From the NCBI GenBank assembly GCA_964502215.1, contig CAZCUN010000007.1, positions 2,794-66,793 of the forward strand: a DNA stretch of 64,000 nucleotides. Direction: 5' to 3'. Both the position numbers and the translations under genes were made by a program. This document shows, one piece after another, positions 1 to 9,431 of this stretch. The notes under the pieces are model-generated. The model did no database searches, had not been told where the DNA came from, and was given only the letters and a program-made list of their open reading frames with translations. The DNA is from an uncultured Rhizobiaceae bacterium (GTDB lineage: Bacteria > Pseudomonadota > Alphaproteobacteria > Rhizobiales > Rhizobiaceae). The stretch's first letter is position 1. Each line of letters begins with the position of its first letter.

Positions 1-316
1 GTTCTTTCCCAAATTCATTAACTCTTTCAAACCAAGCGTTGTCTTTTAAACCACTAAAAAGTTGGGAGGATTTTCCGTAAGCTCTCAGGTTTTTTTTGCT
101 AATTTCTAAACCTTTATCTTTAGCTTTTGACAACATTAATTGCATGTAAACAAGAATTTCATCTGCATCATTTGTTTTAGTAGTTTTTTTAACTTCATTC
201 CAAAACTCTTCCGTAGTCATGCCGATATCAGGCAAAAAACTATTTTCTTGAATATTGCCATGGGCAAGAGTCCCATCATAATCATATATTATGGCAGTAC
301 GTTTTATGCGTAACAT
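1..316 (-). CDS. HAD-superfamily hydrolase, N-terminal part (gene runs off the window start)
   Basis: Manual reverse translation from the ATG at 316..314 gives MLRIKRTAIIYDYDGTLAHGNIQ... with the HAD motif I DxDGT(L). It stays open to position 1 and lies 10 nt downstream of the preceding minus-strand gene. Confidence 0.6.
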   Translation of the reverse strand, partial: MLRIKRTAIIYDYDGTLAHGNIQENSFLPDIGMTTEEFWNEVKKTTKTNDADEILVYMQLMLSKAKDKGLEISKKNLRAYGKSSQLFSGLKDNAWFERVNEFGKE

Positions 317-326
317 CTATTTATCC

Positions 327-1295
327 TTATGGAACAAGAACAACCTTACCGCGTGCTTTTCGATCATGAATATGGTTAAGCGCGGCGGAGGCTTCTTCAA
401 GTTTGAATTTCTTTTCAACAAGTGGCTTTATCGTGCCAGCGGTATACCAACCAAAAAGCTCTTTCATATTTTCTGCGTAAACCTCAGGTTCTTTCTGCGT
501 GAACGTTCCCCAGAAAACACCCACAACGCTATAGCCTTTGACAAGCGCCAAATTAACTGGAAATTGCGGAATATCGCCATCCGCAAATCCGATTACCAGC
601 AAACGCCCATTCCAATTTATCGCACGAGAACAAGCATGGAAAACGTCACCGCCAACCACATCAAAAACAACATCAGCGCCTTTGCCATCTGTTGCTTTTT
701 TAAGTTCGTCTTTCAGATTGTCATAGCCAAGCGTAATGTCTGCGCCATTGTCTTTACAGACCTTGCGCTTTTCATCTGTTGAGGCAATCGCGATAACTTT
801 CGCGCCCATCGCCTTACCAATTTGAACAGCAGCCAAGCCTGTGAGACCCGACGCCCCCGTCACCGCTAATGTCTCACCGGCTTTAAGTTGTCCACGTTGT
901 TTTAGCGCATGATGCGCTGTTCCATAACCACACATCAGTGCCGTGATTTCGCTCGCATCAGAGTCTTGTGGAATTGGCATCACTAGCGATTTATGTACTT
1001 TGACTTTTTCTGCAAAAGCCCCTGTCATACAAACCGAAGCAACACGGTCTCCAACCTTAAACCCAGAGTTTTCACCCGCTTGGCTAATTGTGCCAGCAAG
1101 CTCCATTCCCGGCACAAATGGCGTTGGCGGCTTCACTTGATAAAGCCCTTGCACCAAAAGACCATCTGGGAAATTCACACCAATCGCTTCTGCATCAATC
1201 ACGACTTCATTGGCATTGGGTTGCGGGTCAGGCATCTCTTGAATTTCAAGATTATCAATCGGCCCAAATTCTTTGCAAACAACAGCGCGCATCAA
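327..1295 (-). CDS. NADPH:quinone oxidoreductase / zinc-type alcohol dehydrogenase (MDR) family protein
   Basis: 322-aa ORF. The N-terminus (MRAVVCKEFGP...LEIQEMPDP) and the GxGxxG-type nucleotide fold (AVTGASGLTGLAAVQIGKAMGAKVIA) are typical of Qor-like MDR enzymes. A 4-nt overlap with the upstream gene suggests an operon. Confidence 0.8.
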   Translation of the reverse strand: MMRAVVCKEFGPIDNLEIQEMPDPQPNANEVVIDAEAIGVNFPDGLLVQGLYQVKPPTPFVPGMELAGTISQAGENSGFKVGDRVASVCMTGAFAEKVKVHKSLVMPIPQDSDASEITALMCGYGTAHHALKQRGQLKAGETLAVTGASGLTGLAAVQIGKAMGAKVIAIASTDEKRKVCKDNGADITLGYDNLKDELKKATDGKGADVVFDVVGGDVFHACSRAINWNGRLLVIGFADGDIPQFPVNLALVKGYSVVGVFWGTFTQKEPEVYAENMKELFGWYTAGTIKPLVEKKFKLEEASAALNHIHDRKARGKVVLVP

Positions 1296-2551
1296 ATCTT
1301 CTCTTGCGTATATTTGCGAAGCTCAGATCGTGCCACCTGACGACGATGCACGGCATCTGGCCCATCTGCTAAGCGTAATGTACGAACATGTGTCCATGCA
1401 CGAGCTAAAGAAGTATCTTGGCTAATCCCTTGCGCCCCATGCATTTGCACCGCTTCATCAATAACCTTTAGAGCCATGATCGGTGCAACCACTTTAATTT
1501 GCGAAATCCAAGGCGCGGCAGCGCGTTGGTCACCTTGATCCATCATCCACGCAGCCTTAAGACAAAGCAGACGCGCTTGTTCAATCTCCATTCGGCAATT
1601 GGCAATGATGTCATAGTTAGCACCCAGTTGTGCCAAGCGCTTGCCAAAGGCTTCACGTTGCATCGAGCGTTTACACATTAGTTCAAGCGCACGTTCAGCT
1701 TGTCCAATGGCGCGCATGCAGTGGTGAATGCGCCCTGGCCCAAGCCGTCCTTGCGAAATTTCAAAACCGCGCCCTTCTCCAAGAAGAAGATTTTCCGCTG
1801 GCACACGCACATCAGTAAACCTCAAATGCATATGACCATGCGGTGCATCATCATGCCCATAAACCTGCATCGGGCGTAGTTTTTCAATACCAGCGCTTGA
1901 AGCATCGACGATCACTTGTGAATGTTGCTGGTGTTTTGTGCGACTATCATCAGGCGTGTGAACCATGACAATATAAACCGCACAACGCGGATCACCCGCA
2001 CCAGATGACCACCACTTCTCGCCATTTAAAACATACTCATCGCCATCACGCACACACGACATTGAAATATTTGTTGCGTCCGATGAAGCTACGTCAGGCT
2101 CTGTCATTAAATAAGCAGAGCGAATTTCACCCTCAAGCAATCGCGCTAGCCACTCTTTTTTGTGGGTCTCAGTGCCGTAGCGCTCAAAGACTTCCATGTT
2201 TCCTGTATCAGGAGCTGAACAATTAAACGTCTCCGCCCCCAAATGCGCTTTGCCCATTTCTTCTGCAAGATATGCATATTCAACCGTTGTCAAACCATAA
2301 CCACGCTCAGAATCTGTCAGCCAAAAATTCCAAAGCCCCCGCTTTTTTGCTTCCGCTTTGAGCCCTTCCAAAATTTCAGTTTGGCGCGGCGTATATTCCC
2401 AACGATCGCCCTTTTCAACTTCTGCAAGAAATTCTTCATCTAGGGGAATGATCTCTTCAGAAATCATTTGAGCAACCTTTTCATGCAAAGGCTTTAAGTG
2501 CTCCGTCATCCCTAAGTCCATGGCGGTAGAAGTTGAATTAGATGTTGGCAT
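1292..2551 (-). CDS. acyl-CoA dehydrogenase family protein (ACAD10/11-like)
   Basis: 419-aa ORF with the acyl-CoA dehydrogenase layout (…YLMTEPDVASSDATNI…, C-terminal …GPDAVHRRQVAR…). Confidence 0.8.
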   Translation of the reverse strand: MPTSNSTSTAMDLGMTEHLKPLHEKVAQMISEEIIPLDEEFLAEVEKGDRWEYTPRQTEILEGLKAEAKKRGLWNFWLTDSERGYGLTTVEYAYLAEEMGKAHLGAETFNCSAPDTGNMEVFERYGTETHKKEWLARLLEGEIRSAYLMTEPDVASSDATNISMSCVRDGDEYVLNGEKWWSSGAGDPRCAVYIVMVHTPDDSRTKHQQHSQVIVDASSAGIEKLRPMQVYGHDDAPHGHMHLRFTDVRVPAENLLLGEGRGFEISQGRLGPGRIHHCMRAIGQAERALELMCKRSMQREAFGKRLAQLGANYDIIANCRMEIEQARLLCLKAAWMMDQGDQRAAAPWISQIKVVAPIMALKVIDEAVQMHGAQGISQDTSLARAWTHVRTLRLADGPDAVHRRQVARSELRKYTQEKI

Positions 2552-2659
2552 GTCAGTTACTTCTTTCTTTCAAGCAAATTTACTCTTTACGAATACGTCA
2601 AAATAGGAGCATTGTAGAAGCAGTAAAGTCAATAACCAAACCGCATTTGGAGGAATGAT

Positions 2660-3481
2660 TTGGGCATACTCGACACACTATTTTCACTTGAAGGTAAAAC
2701 CGCACTCGTAACCGGTGCAGCAACTGGCATTGGTCGCATGGCAGCAACTGCGCTTGTTGAAGCTGGCGCACATGTTTTAATCGCATCTCGCAAAGGCGAA
2801 GCTTGTGAAGCTGTTGCAAAAGAACTGAATGCGCTAGGCGGATTAGGTCAAGCAGAAGGTTTTGCAGGTGACGTCAGTACAGAAGAAGGCATTAACGCGC
2901 TTGTTAAAGATGTTCAAAGTAGAACGGATAAACTCGACATTCTCATCAATAATGCAGGTGTAACTTGGGGAGCACCGATTGATGAATTTCCTTACTCTGC
3001 CTGGAGCAAGGTTATGGATGTCAATGTTACAGCAGTCTTTCACCTCACACAACAACTCTTACCACTACTGGAAGAAGCTGCATCATCAGATAATCCTGCA
3101 CGCGTTATAAATCTTGGATCTGTAATGGGCGATGCAGCATTGGGCGAAGGCGCTTATTCTTATGCAGCATCAAAAGCTGCTGTCCATCACATAACCAAAA
3201 TCATGGCACGGGAATTAGCTGAACGCCACATCACATTTAACGCATTTGCCCCTGGCCCTTTCCAAAGTAAAATGACCGCCTTCGCAACCGCGACAGAAGA
3301 TCAAGCAGAACACGTTGGTAAAGGCGTTCCACTTGGGCGCATCGGTTCACCAGAAGACATCGCAGGTGCAACGCTATATCTTTGTGGTAGAGGTGGCGCC
3401 TATATTACGGGTGCAATCTTACCGCTCGACGGTGGCATTCACATAAACCCAGAGAGTGATCTTTTCGGAATGAATAAGTGA
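2660..3481 (+). CDS. SDR-family oxidoreductase
   Basis: TTG start preceded by GGAGGA. Contains TGAATGIG (TGxxxGIG), NNAG and YxxxK (YSYAASKAAV) motifs. Confidence 0.85.
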   Translation: MGILDTLFSLEGKTALVTGAATGIGRMAATALVEAGAHVLIASRKGEACEAVAKELNALGGLGQAEGFAGDVSTEEGINALVKDVQSRTDKLDILINNAGVTWGAPIDEFPYSAWSKVMDVNVTAVFHLTQQLLPLLEEAASSDNPARVINLGSVMGDAALGEGAYSYAASKAAVHHITKIMARELAERHITFNAFAPGPFQSKMTAFATATEDQAEHVGKGVPLGRIGSPEDIAGATLYLCGRGGAYITGAILPLDGGIHINPESDLFGMNK

Positions 3482-3485
3482 TCGT

Positions 3486-3959
3486 ATGAGCAAAATATCT
3501 ATTAAAGAATTTCAAGCGCAAGCTGGCGAATGGGAAGCAAAATCTCCTTGGGTTGAGGTTTCACAAGACCTCATCAATACATTTGCAGATGCAACTCTTG
3601 ACCATCAGTTCATCCATACAGATGAAGTTCGTGCAAAAGAAGAAACGCCCTTTGGTGGCACAATTGCGCACGGGTTTTTATCGCTCTCACTGCTTTCCAA
3701 ATTTATCAGCGATGTCATTCCAGACATTGAAGATAAAGAAATTGTTATCAATTACGGCTTTGAAAGGATCAGATTTCTAACGCCAGTTCCCTCTGGATCG
3801 CGTCTAAGAGGCCATATAAAATTAATTGAATGCAACGAACGAAAACCCCGCGAATATCTTTCCAAATATGATGTTGCAGTGGAAATTGAAAATATTGAAA
3901 AGCCAGCGCTCGTCTGCGAATGGCTCGGCTTAACCGTTTTGAAAAAGGATGAAACATGA
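3486..3959 (+). CDS. MaoC-like (R)-specific enoyl-CoA hydratase, hot-dog fold
   Basis: 157 aa. Contains …DHQFIHTDEVRAKEETPFGGTIAHGFL…, characteristic of MaoC dehydratases. Confidence 0.8.
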   Translation: MSKISIKEFQAQAGEWEAKSPWVEVSQDLINTFADATLDHQFIHTDEVRAKEETPFGGTIAHGFLSLSLLSKFISDVIPDIEDKEIVINYGFERIRFLTPVPSGSRLRGHIKLIECNERKPREYLSKYDVAVEIENIEKPALVCEWLGLTVLKKDET

Positions 3960-4852
3960 CAATCTCATTTGAAGGCCAAGTAGCTATTGTAACAGGCGCT
4001 GGCAATGGCCTTGGACGTTCGCATGCACTTGAACTTGGCAAGCGCGGCGCAAAGGTTGTGGTCAATGACTTTGGTGGCGCAAGAGATGGAACAGGCGGAG
4101 CACTTGGCCCAGCAGAGCTTGTAGCCCAAGAAATCATAGATGCAGGTGGCGAAGCAATCGCCAATGGTGCAAACGTCACCAATTTTGCAGACTGTGAAGC
4201 CATGGTTGCAAATGCAATTTCTAAATGGGGACGTGTCGATGTGCTCATAAATAACGCTGGCATCTTGCGCGATAAATCATTTGGAAAAATGGAAATGTCT
4301 GATTGGAACTCAGTCGTAGATGTTCACCTAAACGGTTCAGCAAATTGCACCAAGGCCGTTTGGAACCAGATGAAAGAACAAAACTATGGTCGCATCCTTA
4401 TGACCACTTCTACGTCAGGCGTTTATGGAAACTTCGGCCAAGCAAACTATGGCGCTGCAAAGCTTGGGCTTGTAGGTCTTATGAACACGCTCTGCATTGA
4501 AGGTGCTAAAAATAACATTCAGATTAATTGCCTTGCTCCAACAGCTGCAACGCGTATGACAGAAGATATTTTGACGCAAGACATGCTTGCAAAGCTTGAT
4601 CCAAAGTTTGTTACCCCAGCCGCTGTATTCATGGTCTCTAAAGACGCACCTAATCACACAGTAATGTTTGCAGGTGCAGGTTCTTATACCACCATGCAAA
4701 TCAGCGAAGGCGCTGGCGTGCATTTGAGTGAAGAAGATCGCACAGCAGATGGTATCGCCGCAAACTTTGATAAGATTAGCGACATGTCAAAACCTGATAT
4801 CTTTCATTCAGGCACAGAACATGTTGTTAAAGTTGTGCAGATGGGCAATTGA
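3956..4852 (+). CDS. SDR-family 3-hydroxyacyl-CoA dehydrogenase (dehydrogenase domain of MFE-2 type)
   Basis: 298 aa with VTGAGNGLGRSHAL, NNAGILRD and YGAAK motifs. ATGA overlap with the hydratase gene. Confidence 0.75.
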   Translation: MTISFEGQVAIVTGAGNGLGRSHALELGKRGAKVVVNDFGGARDGTGGALGPAELVAQEIIDAGGEAIANGANVTNFADCEAMVANAISKWGRVDVLINNAGILRDKSFGKMEMSDWNSVVDVHLNGSANCTKAVWNQMKEQNYGRILMTTSTSGVYGNFGQANYGAAKLGLVGLMNTLCIEGAKNNIQINCLAPTAATRMTEDILTQDMLAKLDPKFVTPAAVFMVSKDAPNHTVMFAGAGSYTTMQISEGAGVHLSEEDRTADGIAANFDKISDMSKPDIFHSGTEHVVKVVQMGN

Positions 4853-4854
4853 GC

Positions 4855-5088
4855 ATGACAAAATCAAAGTGGATTACCATTTTTGAAACAACAGGCTCAG
4901 CATTGGCAATTGCATACGCCATGCTAATCGCATCCAATACAGGCAATGAAATTTTAGGCTTTACATTATTATTAATATCCGCCCTCCTCTTTGCAGGTTG
5001 GGCTGTTATCGACAAACGCTGGGCATTTTTAGTGCTACAGTTTTTCTACATAGCATCTGCCATAATAGGCTTGGTGCGCTGGAGTTAG
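4855..5088 (+). CDS. small integral membrane protein (about 3 TM), unknown function
   Basis: 77 aa from the ATG at 4855 (the track ORF begins at a TTG at 4849). Three hydrophobic segments. Sits tightly between the SDR and thiolase genes. Confidence 0.45.
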   Translation: MTKSKWITIFETTGSALAIAYAMLIASNTGNEILGFTLLLISALLFAGWAVIDKRWAFLVLQFFYIASAIIGLVRWS

Positions 5089-5227
5089 GGTCAGACTTCA
5101 AAATAAGAACCAAAACGCCTCGACAGGGAATGACCCTCTCTTCTTGGCAAGGCAAGCATTTGCATCCTCGCAAATGCGCCAGCCCGTCAACGAGCGCTGA
5201 CCTGGAAGGGCAGTGAAAGGACAAATT

Positions 5228-6430
5228 ATGAGATCTGCAGTTATCGTATCAACCGCAAGAACCCCAATCGGCAAGGCCTATCGTGGGGCATTTAATGACA
5301 CACAAGCACAAACACTTGGTGGTCACGCAATTGAACACGCAGTTAAACGTTCAGGCGTAGACCCAGCCGAAATTGATGATGTGATTATGGGCGCTGCAAT
5401 CCAACAGGGTTCAACACATCTAAACACAGCACGCCAATGTAGCTTACGCGCAGGACTTCCTACATCTGTCTCAGCCATGACATTGGATCGCCAATGTTCA
5501 TCAGGGCTGATGTCTATTGCAACAGCGGCCAAACAGATCATCGCAGACGGCATGAAAGTTACTGTTGGCGGAGGCTTAGAATCCATTTCGCTTACGCAAA
5601 ACGAACACATGAACCTACACCGCGGTATTGACCCATGGTTGATGGAAAACATTCCTGCGACCTATATGTCGATGTTAGAAACCGCAGAAGTTGTTTCAGC
5701 CCGCTACGGTGTTTCGCGCGAACAACAAGACGAATACGGCTACCAATCACAAATGCGTACAGCGGCAGCACAGGAAGCCGGCAAATTTGCCGATGAAATC
5801 GTGCCTTTAACATCCAGCATGAAAGTCATGGACAAGGAAACCAAAGAAATTTCTGACGTGGAAGTGACGCTTGAAAAAGACGAAGGCAATCGTCCAACAA
5901 CCACGCTTGAAGGTATGCAAGGGCTAAACCCTGTCTTTAAAGGTGGTCAGCAAATCAAAGAAGGTAAATTCATTACAGCTGGCAATGCTTCGCAATTATC
6001 TGATGGCGCATCGGCTGCTGTTTTGATGGAAGAAAAAGAAGCAGAAAAACGCGGTGCAAACGTGCTTGGTATTTATCGCGGCATGGCAGTTGCGGGTTGT
6101 GACCCAGATGAAATGGGCATCGGCCCAGTATTTGCAGTTCCAAAACTTCTAAAAGCAAATGGCCTGAAAGTTGAGGATATCGGTCTTTGGGAATTGAACG
6201 AGGCTTTTGCAAGCCAGTGCATTTATTGCCGTGATACGCTTGGCATTGATCCTGAAATCTACAACGTCAATGGTGGTGCAATATCAATTGGGCACCCATA
6301 CGGCATGTCAGGCGCACGCATGACTGGTCATGCCTTAATTGAAGGTAAGCGTCGTGGTGTAAAATATGTCGTTGTCACCATGTGCATCGGCGGCGGCATG
6401 GGTGCGGCAGGACTATTCGAAGTTGCCTGA
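5228..6430 (+). CDS. acetyl-CoA C-acyltransferase (thiolase)
   Basis: [22 protein letters not shown]… N-terminus, active-site region …[10 protein letters not shown]…, C-terminal …[17 protein letters not shown]… and …CIGGGMG…. AAAGGA lies 6 nt before the ATG at 5228. Confidence 0.9.
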   Translation: MRSAVIVSTARTPIGKAYRGAFNDTQAQTLGGHAIEHAVKRSGVDPAEIDDVIMGAAIQQGSTHLNTARQCSLRAGLPTSVSAMTLDRQCSSGLMSIATAAKQIIADGMKVTVGGGLESISLTQNEHMNLHRGIDPWLMENIPATYMSMLETAEVVSARYGVSREQQDEYGYQSQMRTAAAQEAGKFADEIVPLTSSMKVMDKETKEISDVEVTLEKDEGNRPTTTLEGMQGLNPVFKGGQQIKEGKFITAGNASQLSDGASAAVLMEEKEAEKRGANVLGIYRGMAVAGCDPDEMGIGPVFAVPKLLKANGLKVEDIGLWELNEAFASQCIYCRDTLGIDPEIYNVNGGAISIGHPYGMSGARMTGHALIEGKRRGVKYVVVTMCIGGGMGAAGLFEVA

Positions 6431-6444
6431 TTAAATCAAAGAGC

Positions 6445-6480
6445 GAGGCAGATGCATAAAGACCCTAATGCACCTGCCTC
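6445..6480 (+). terminator. hairpin downstream of the thiolase gene (weak intrinsic-terminator candidate)
   Basis: GAGGCAG(a)TGCAT … ATGCA(c)CTGCCTC, giving 12 paired positions 15 nt after the stop. No clear U-tract follows. Confidence 0.3.
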
Positions 6481-6566
6481 TATCACTCGGAATGGATGAT
6501 AAAGGGCATTGTTGAATGAGTTCCTTAAAGGTAGTGGGAGGATACCGCCTTTAAAAAACAAGCAAA

Positions 6567-6644
6567 TTATAAGGAGTGAACTGCTACCGCACCAAAGAAA
6601 GTAAACATAGTTACGGTCGTGATAACGAGCGCGTTAATATACAT
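6567..6644 (-). CDS. possible 25-aa hydrophobic micropeptide
   Basis: Manual read: AGGAGA, 6 nt, then ATG. Translation is MYINALVITTVTMFTFFGAVAVHSL*. It lies in an otherwise empty 358-nt gap. Confidence 0.25.
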   Translation of the reverse strand: MYINALVITTVTMFTFFGAVAVHSL

Positions 6645-6787
6645 ATTAATCTCCTATTTTTCAGACATTCGTCTGCTGTTGTTGATAGGAGATACGCTAG
6701 TAATTTAATTTGGTTTCAGAGAAAAATTAATGCCTGATCACATAAAATTTTTTAAAAAAATGAATATTTTTACGCTTGGGGAAGCAT

Positions 6788-7516
6788 TTATTTTAAGCAG
6801 TTTCTCAACTCAGAAACCAATTCTATAAAACAAGAATTATCATATATTTCACGAGTACGTTCTGCTGGAAGGCTATTTTTAAAATGCTTTAAAGCCTTAC
6901 CTGGTCTTGAAGAGAGTACCAAAATATCAGTTGATAGAAAAACTGCTTCAGCAATCGAATGCGTCACAAAACAAATGGTCATACCCATCTGAACCCAAAG
7001 TTTATGAAGCTCCAAATTCATAGTTTCCCGTGTCATCTCGTCTAGTGCACCAAAAGGTTCATCCATCAACAAAAGCTCAGGCTGCATCACCAATGCACGC
7101 GCAATCGCTACACGTTGCTGCATGCCGCCTGAAAGTTGGTGAGGGTATTTATTATCAAAATCAGACAACCCAACACGCGTTAAAGCTTCATCTGTCTTTG
7201 CATCAATGGATTGCGCTTTAGAAAGCTTCAAAGGCTTTGAAACATTGGCTCTTACATCAGCCCATGGAAAGAGTGCCGGCTGTTGAAACACATAAGCAGA
7301 ATTTTGCGTTTTAACATCTATTTCACCAACTGTTGGATTTTCTAAACCAGCTATCAATCTAAGTAACGAAGTCTTGCCACAACCAGAAGGGCCTATGATA
7401 GAAAGGAAGCTTCCCTTTTCAATGTTTAAATCAATCTCTTGCAGAACTTCCACATCGCCATTTTCTGCACGATACGAAAACCCTAAATCAGACGCCTTGA
7501 TCAAATCATTTCTCAA
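6788..7516 (-). CDS. ABC transporter ATP-binding protein (NitT/TauT-like)
   Basis: Walker [10 protein letters not shown], signature [15 protein letters not shown], Walker B LLLMDEPF. Confidence 0.85.
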   Translation of the reverse strand: MRNDLIKASDLGFSYRAENGDVEVLQEIDLNIEKGSFLSIIGPSGCGKTSLLRLIAGLENPTVGEIDVKTQNSAYVFQQPALFPWADVRANVSKPLKLSKAQSIDAKTDEALTRVGLSDFDNKYPHQLSGGMQQRVAIARALVMQPELLLMDEPFGALDEMTRETMNLELHKLWVQMGMTICFVTHSIAEAVFLSTDILVLSSRPGKALKHFKNSLPAERTREIYDNSCFIELVSELRNCLK

Positions 7517-9138
7517 GCTTCTATAACCTTACCAGGAGCAATGTCTCTTGAATCAAGTTTCAAATGTATAAGCACAGGCCCATCCTCTTTGAGGGCTTTG
7601 TCCAAACAAATTTCAAATTCAGTATCTTTGATAACTGTATAAGCATTCGCACCATATGATTTTGCCCAAGCTTTAAAATCTGGGTTCTTCATTCTAGTGC
7701 CTGAAACACGACCTGGGTAATCACGATCTTGATGCATTTTAATGGTGCCATAAACCTCATTATCACACACGATAACTTTGATATTTAAATTATGCTCACA
7801 AGCAAGACCGAATTCCATTCCATGCATTTGAAAGCAGCCATCGCCTGCGAGAACAACAACAGTCTTGTTCGGTTCACGTTTTGCAGCGGCAATTGCTGCG
7901 GGCATTCCATAACCCATTGAACCAGAAGTAGGTGCTAATTGTGTACCCCATCGATAACGATAAAAACGATGCAACCAGATTGCATAATTTCCCGCTCCAT
8001 TACAAAGAATTGAATCTTGTGGCAGTTTATCCCGCAACACTTTAATGGCATTGCTCATCGTAACCTCGCCAACCCCCTTAGGCGGTTCTTGCGTCCATTC
8101 AAGGTAACTTTTATGAGCTTTGTCCGCCTGATCTTGCCAATTTTTTCTGGCACTCCATTCAAGTAATGAACTTAAGAACGTTCCTGGAGTAGAATTAATT
8201 GAAACTTCAGCTGAATAAATCCGCCCTAATTCTTCAGGTCCTGGGTGTACATGAACCAAACCTTTTCCAGAGCCTGGTATACCTAACATAGAGAAACTCT
8301 GGCTTGGATTTTCACTAAATCGACACCCAAGTAAAATCAAGCAATCTGAATTTGCGACACGTTCTTTTAAAGCAGGGTTTATTCCTAACCCGACATCACC
8401 TGCATAATTTTGATGGTTGGAATCAAAGAGTTGTTGTCTTCTAAACGACACACCAACAGGCAAGCCCCATGCCTCACTAAATTGATGAAGCATATCGACA
8501 TCATTTTGTGTCCAACGCGACCCACCAGCCACTATAATTGGATTAGAGGCATTTTCTAAAAGAGTAACAAAACGTTCTAAGTCACCAAGCGTTGGTGCAG
8601 GGTTAGAAACTTCAACATAAGGCCCCGGTTCTTCTTCAACCATATCGCGCAGCATGTCTTCTGGAAGAGCAATTACAACAGGTCCTGGCCTTCCAGACAT
8701 AGCAATATGCCAAGCATGATTGATTACTTCAGGTATTCTCGCTGGATCATCAATTTCTTCTACCCATTTTGCAACAGAGCCATAAAAAGCGCGGTAGTCC
8801 ATTTCCTGAAACGCTTCACGCCCACGCATCTGCCTACCAATTTGACCGACAAATAAAATCATAGGCGTTGAATCTTGTGCAGCAATATGAACACCAGAAG
8901 AAGCGTTCGTTGCCCCTGGCCCGCGGGTTACCATACAAATTCCAGGTCTCCCCGTCATTTTCCCGTCTGCTTCAGCCATAATTGAAGCACCACCCTCATG
9001 ACGCGCAACAACCGTTTCAATGCCCGAATCATACAGCCCATCTAATACAGCCAGATAACTTTCTCCAGGCACGCAGAAAACTCTTTCCACGCCTTGGCTT
9101 TTAAGACTTTTAACTAGAAGGTGGCCTGCAGACTGCAT
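7513..9138 (-). CDS. thiamine-pyrophosphate-dependent enzyme (acetolactate-synthase-like family)
   Basis: 541 aa. N-terminal TPP-Pyr domain (…VFCVPGESYL…RHEGGA…TRGPGATN…) and C-terminal TPP-binding GDGCFQM…N motif. Confidence 0.8.
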   Translation of the reverse strand: MQSAGHLLVKSLKSQGVERVFCVPGESYLAVLDGLYDSGIETVVARHEGGASIMAEADGKMTGRPGICMVTRGPGATNASSGVHIAAQDSTPMILFVGQIGRQMRGREAFQEMDYRAFYGSVAKWVEEIDDPARIPEVINHAWHIAMSGRPGPVVIALPEDMLRDMVEEEPGPYVEVSNPAPTLGDLERFVTLLENASNPIIVAGGSRWTQNDVDMLHQFSEAWGLPVGVSFRRQQLFDSNHQNYAGDVGLGINPALKERVANSDCLILLGCRFSENPSQSFSMLGIPGSGKGLVHVHPGPEELGRIYSAEVSINSTPGTFLSSLLEWSARKNWQDQADKAHKSYLEWTQEPPKGVGEVTMSNAIKVLRDKLPQDSILCNGAGNYAIWLHRFYRYRWGTQLAPTSGSMGYGMPAAIAAAKREPNKTVVVLAGDGCFQMHGMEFGLACEHNLNIKVIVCDNEVYGTIKMHQDRDYPGRVSGTRMKNPDFKAWAKSYGANAYTVIKDTEFEICLDKALKEDGPVLIHLKLDSRDIAPGKVIEA

Positions 9139-9239
9139 ATTTAACAGCTTTCATTTATTTTTTAAGCAATTCCAATATTTATTACATAAAATAGTGTAAA
9201 TAAAACTGCTAATTTGTTGATTTTTAAATCTTCTTGTGT

Positions 9240-9410
9240 AAATTGACCTTGCGGAACGTCAGGGTGCCCCAGCCTATCAAGCCCTGATTTATTTTGGATG
9301 AAACTACTTGTAGTTTTTGAAAGTTTCGTTTCGCAGGTGGAGTCAGCCCCTTCGGGATCGTTGGCTTCACTGCGTGGCTAGGTTCACAGTTACCTCCCCT
9401 TTTTTTTAAC
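9240..9410. other. GC-rich structured island in an AT-rich intergenic region; candidate cis-regulatory RNA or sRNA, family not identified
   Basis: Several short stems are visible: TCAGGG 9259-9264 with CCCTGA 9282-9287; AAACTA-CTTG-TAGTTT at 9301-9316; AGCC…GGCT enclosing CC-TTCG-GG. A T8 run lies at the plus-strand 3' edge. The only long ORF here (9224..9493 -) looks non-coding. Confidence 0.3.
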
Positions 9411-9431
9411 AAGTTCAAAAGAATAAAAACT

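Noticed and set aside
3769-4263. 164-aa ORF antisense to the SDR and MaoC genes.
   Set aside because: It overlaps two motif-supported plus-strand genes. The Pro/Ala/Ser-rich composition is typical of antisense frames.
9240-9410. Possible tmRNA (ssrA). The minus strand contains GGGGCTGA and TGCGAAAC, which resemble the 5' end of tmRNA.
   Set aside because: There is no T-arm (GGTTCGANTCC-like) and no …CCACCA acceptor 3' strand. There is no Ala-initiated tag ORF ending in a hydrophobic A-A stop; the frames read R-N-E-T-F-K-N-Y-K-stop or stay open for about 35 codons. The element is also too short, and the upstream flank is coding sequence. I kept it only as an unassigned structured element.
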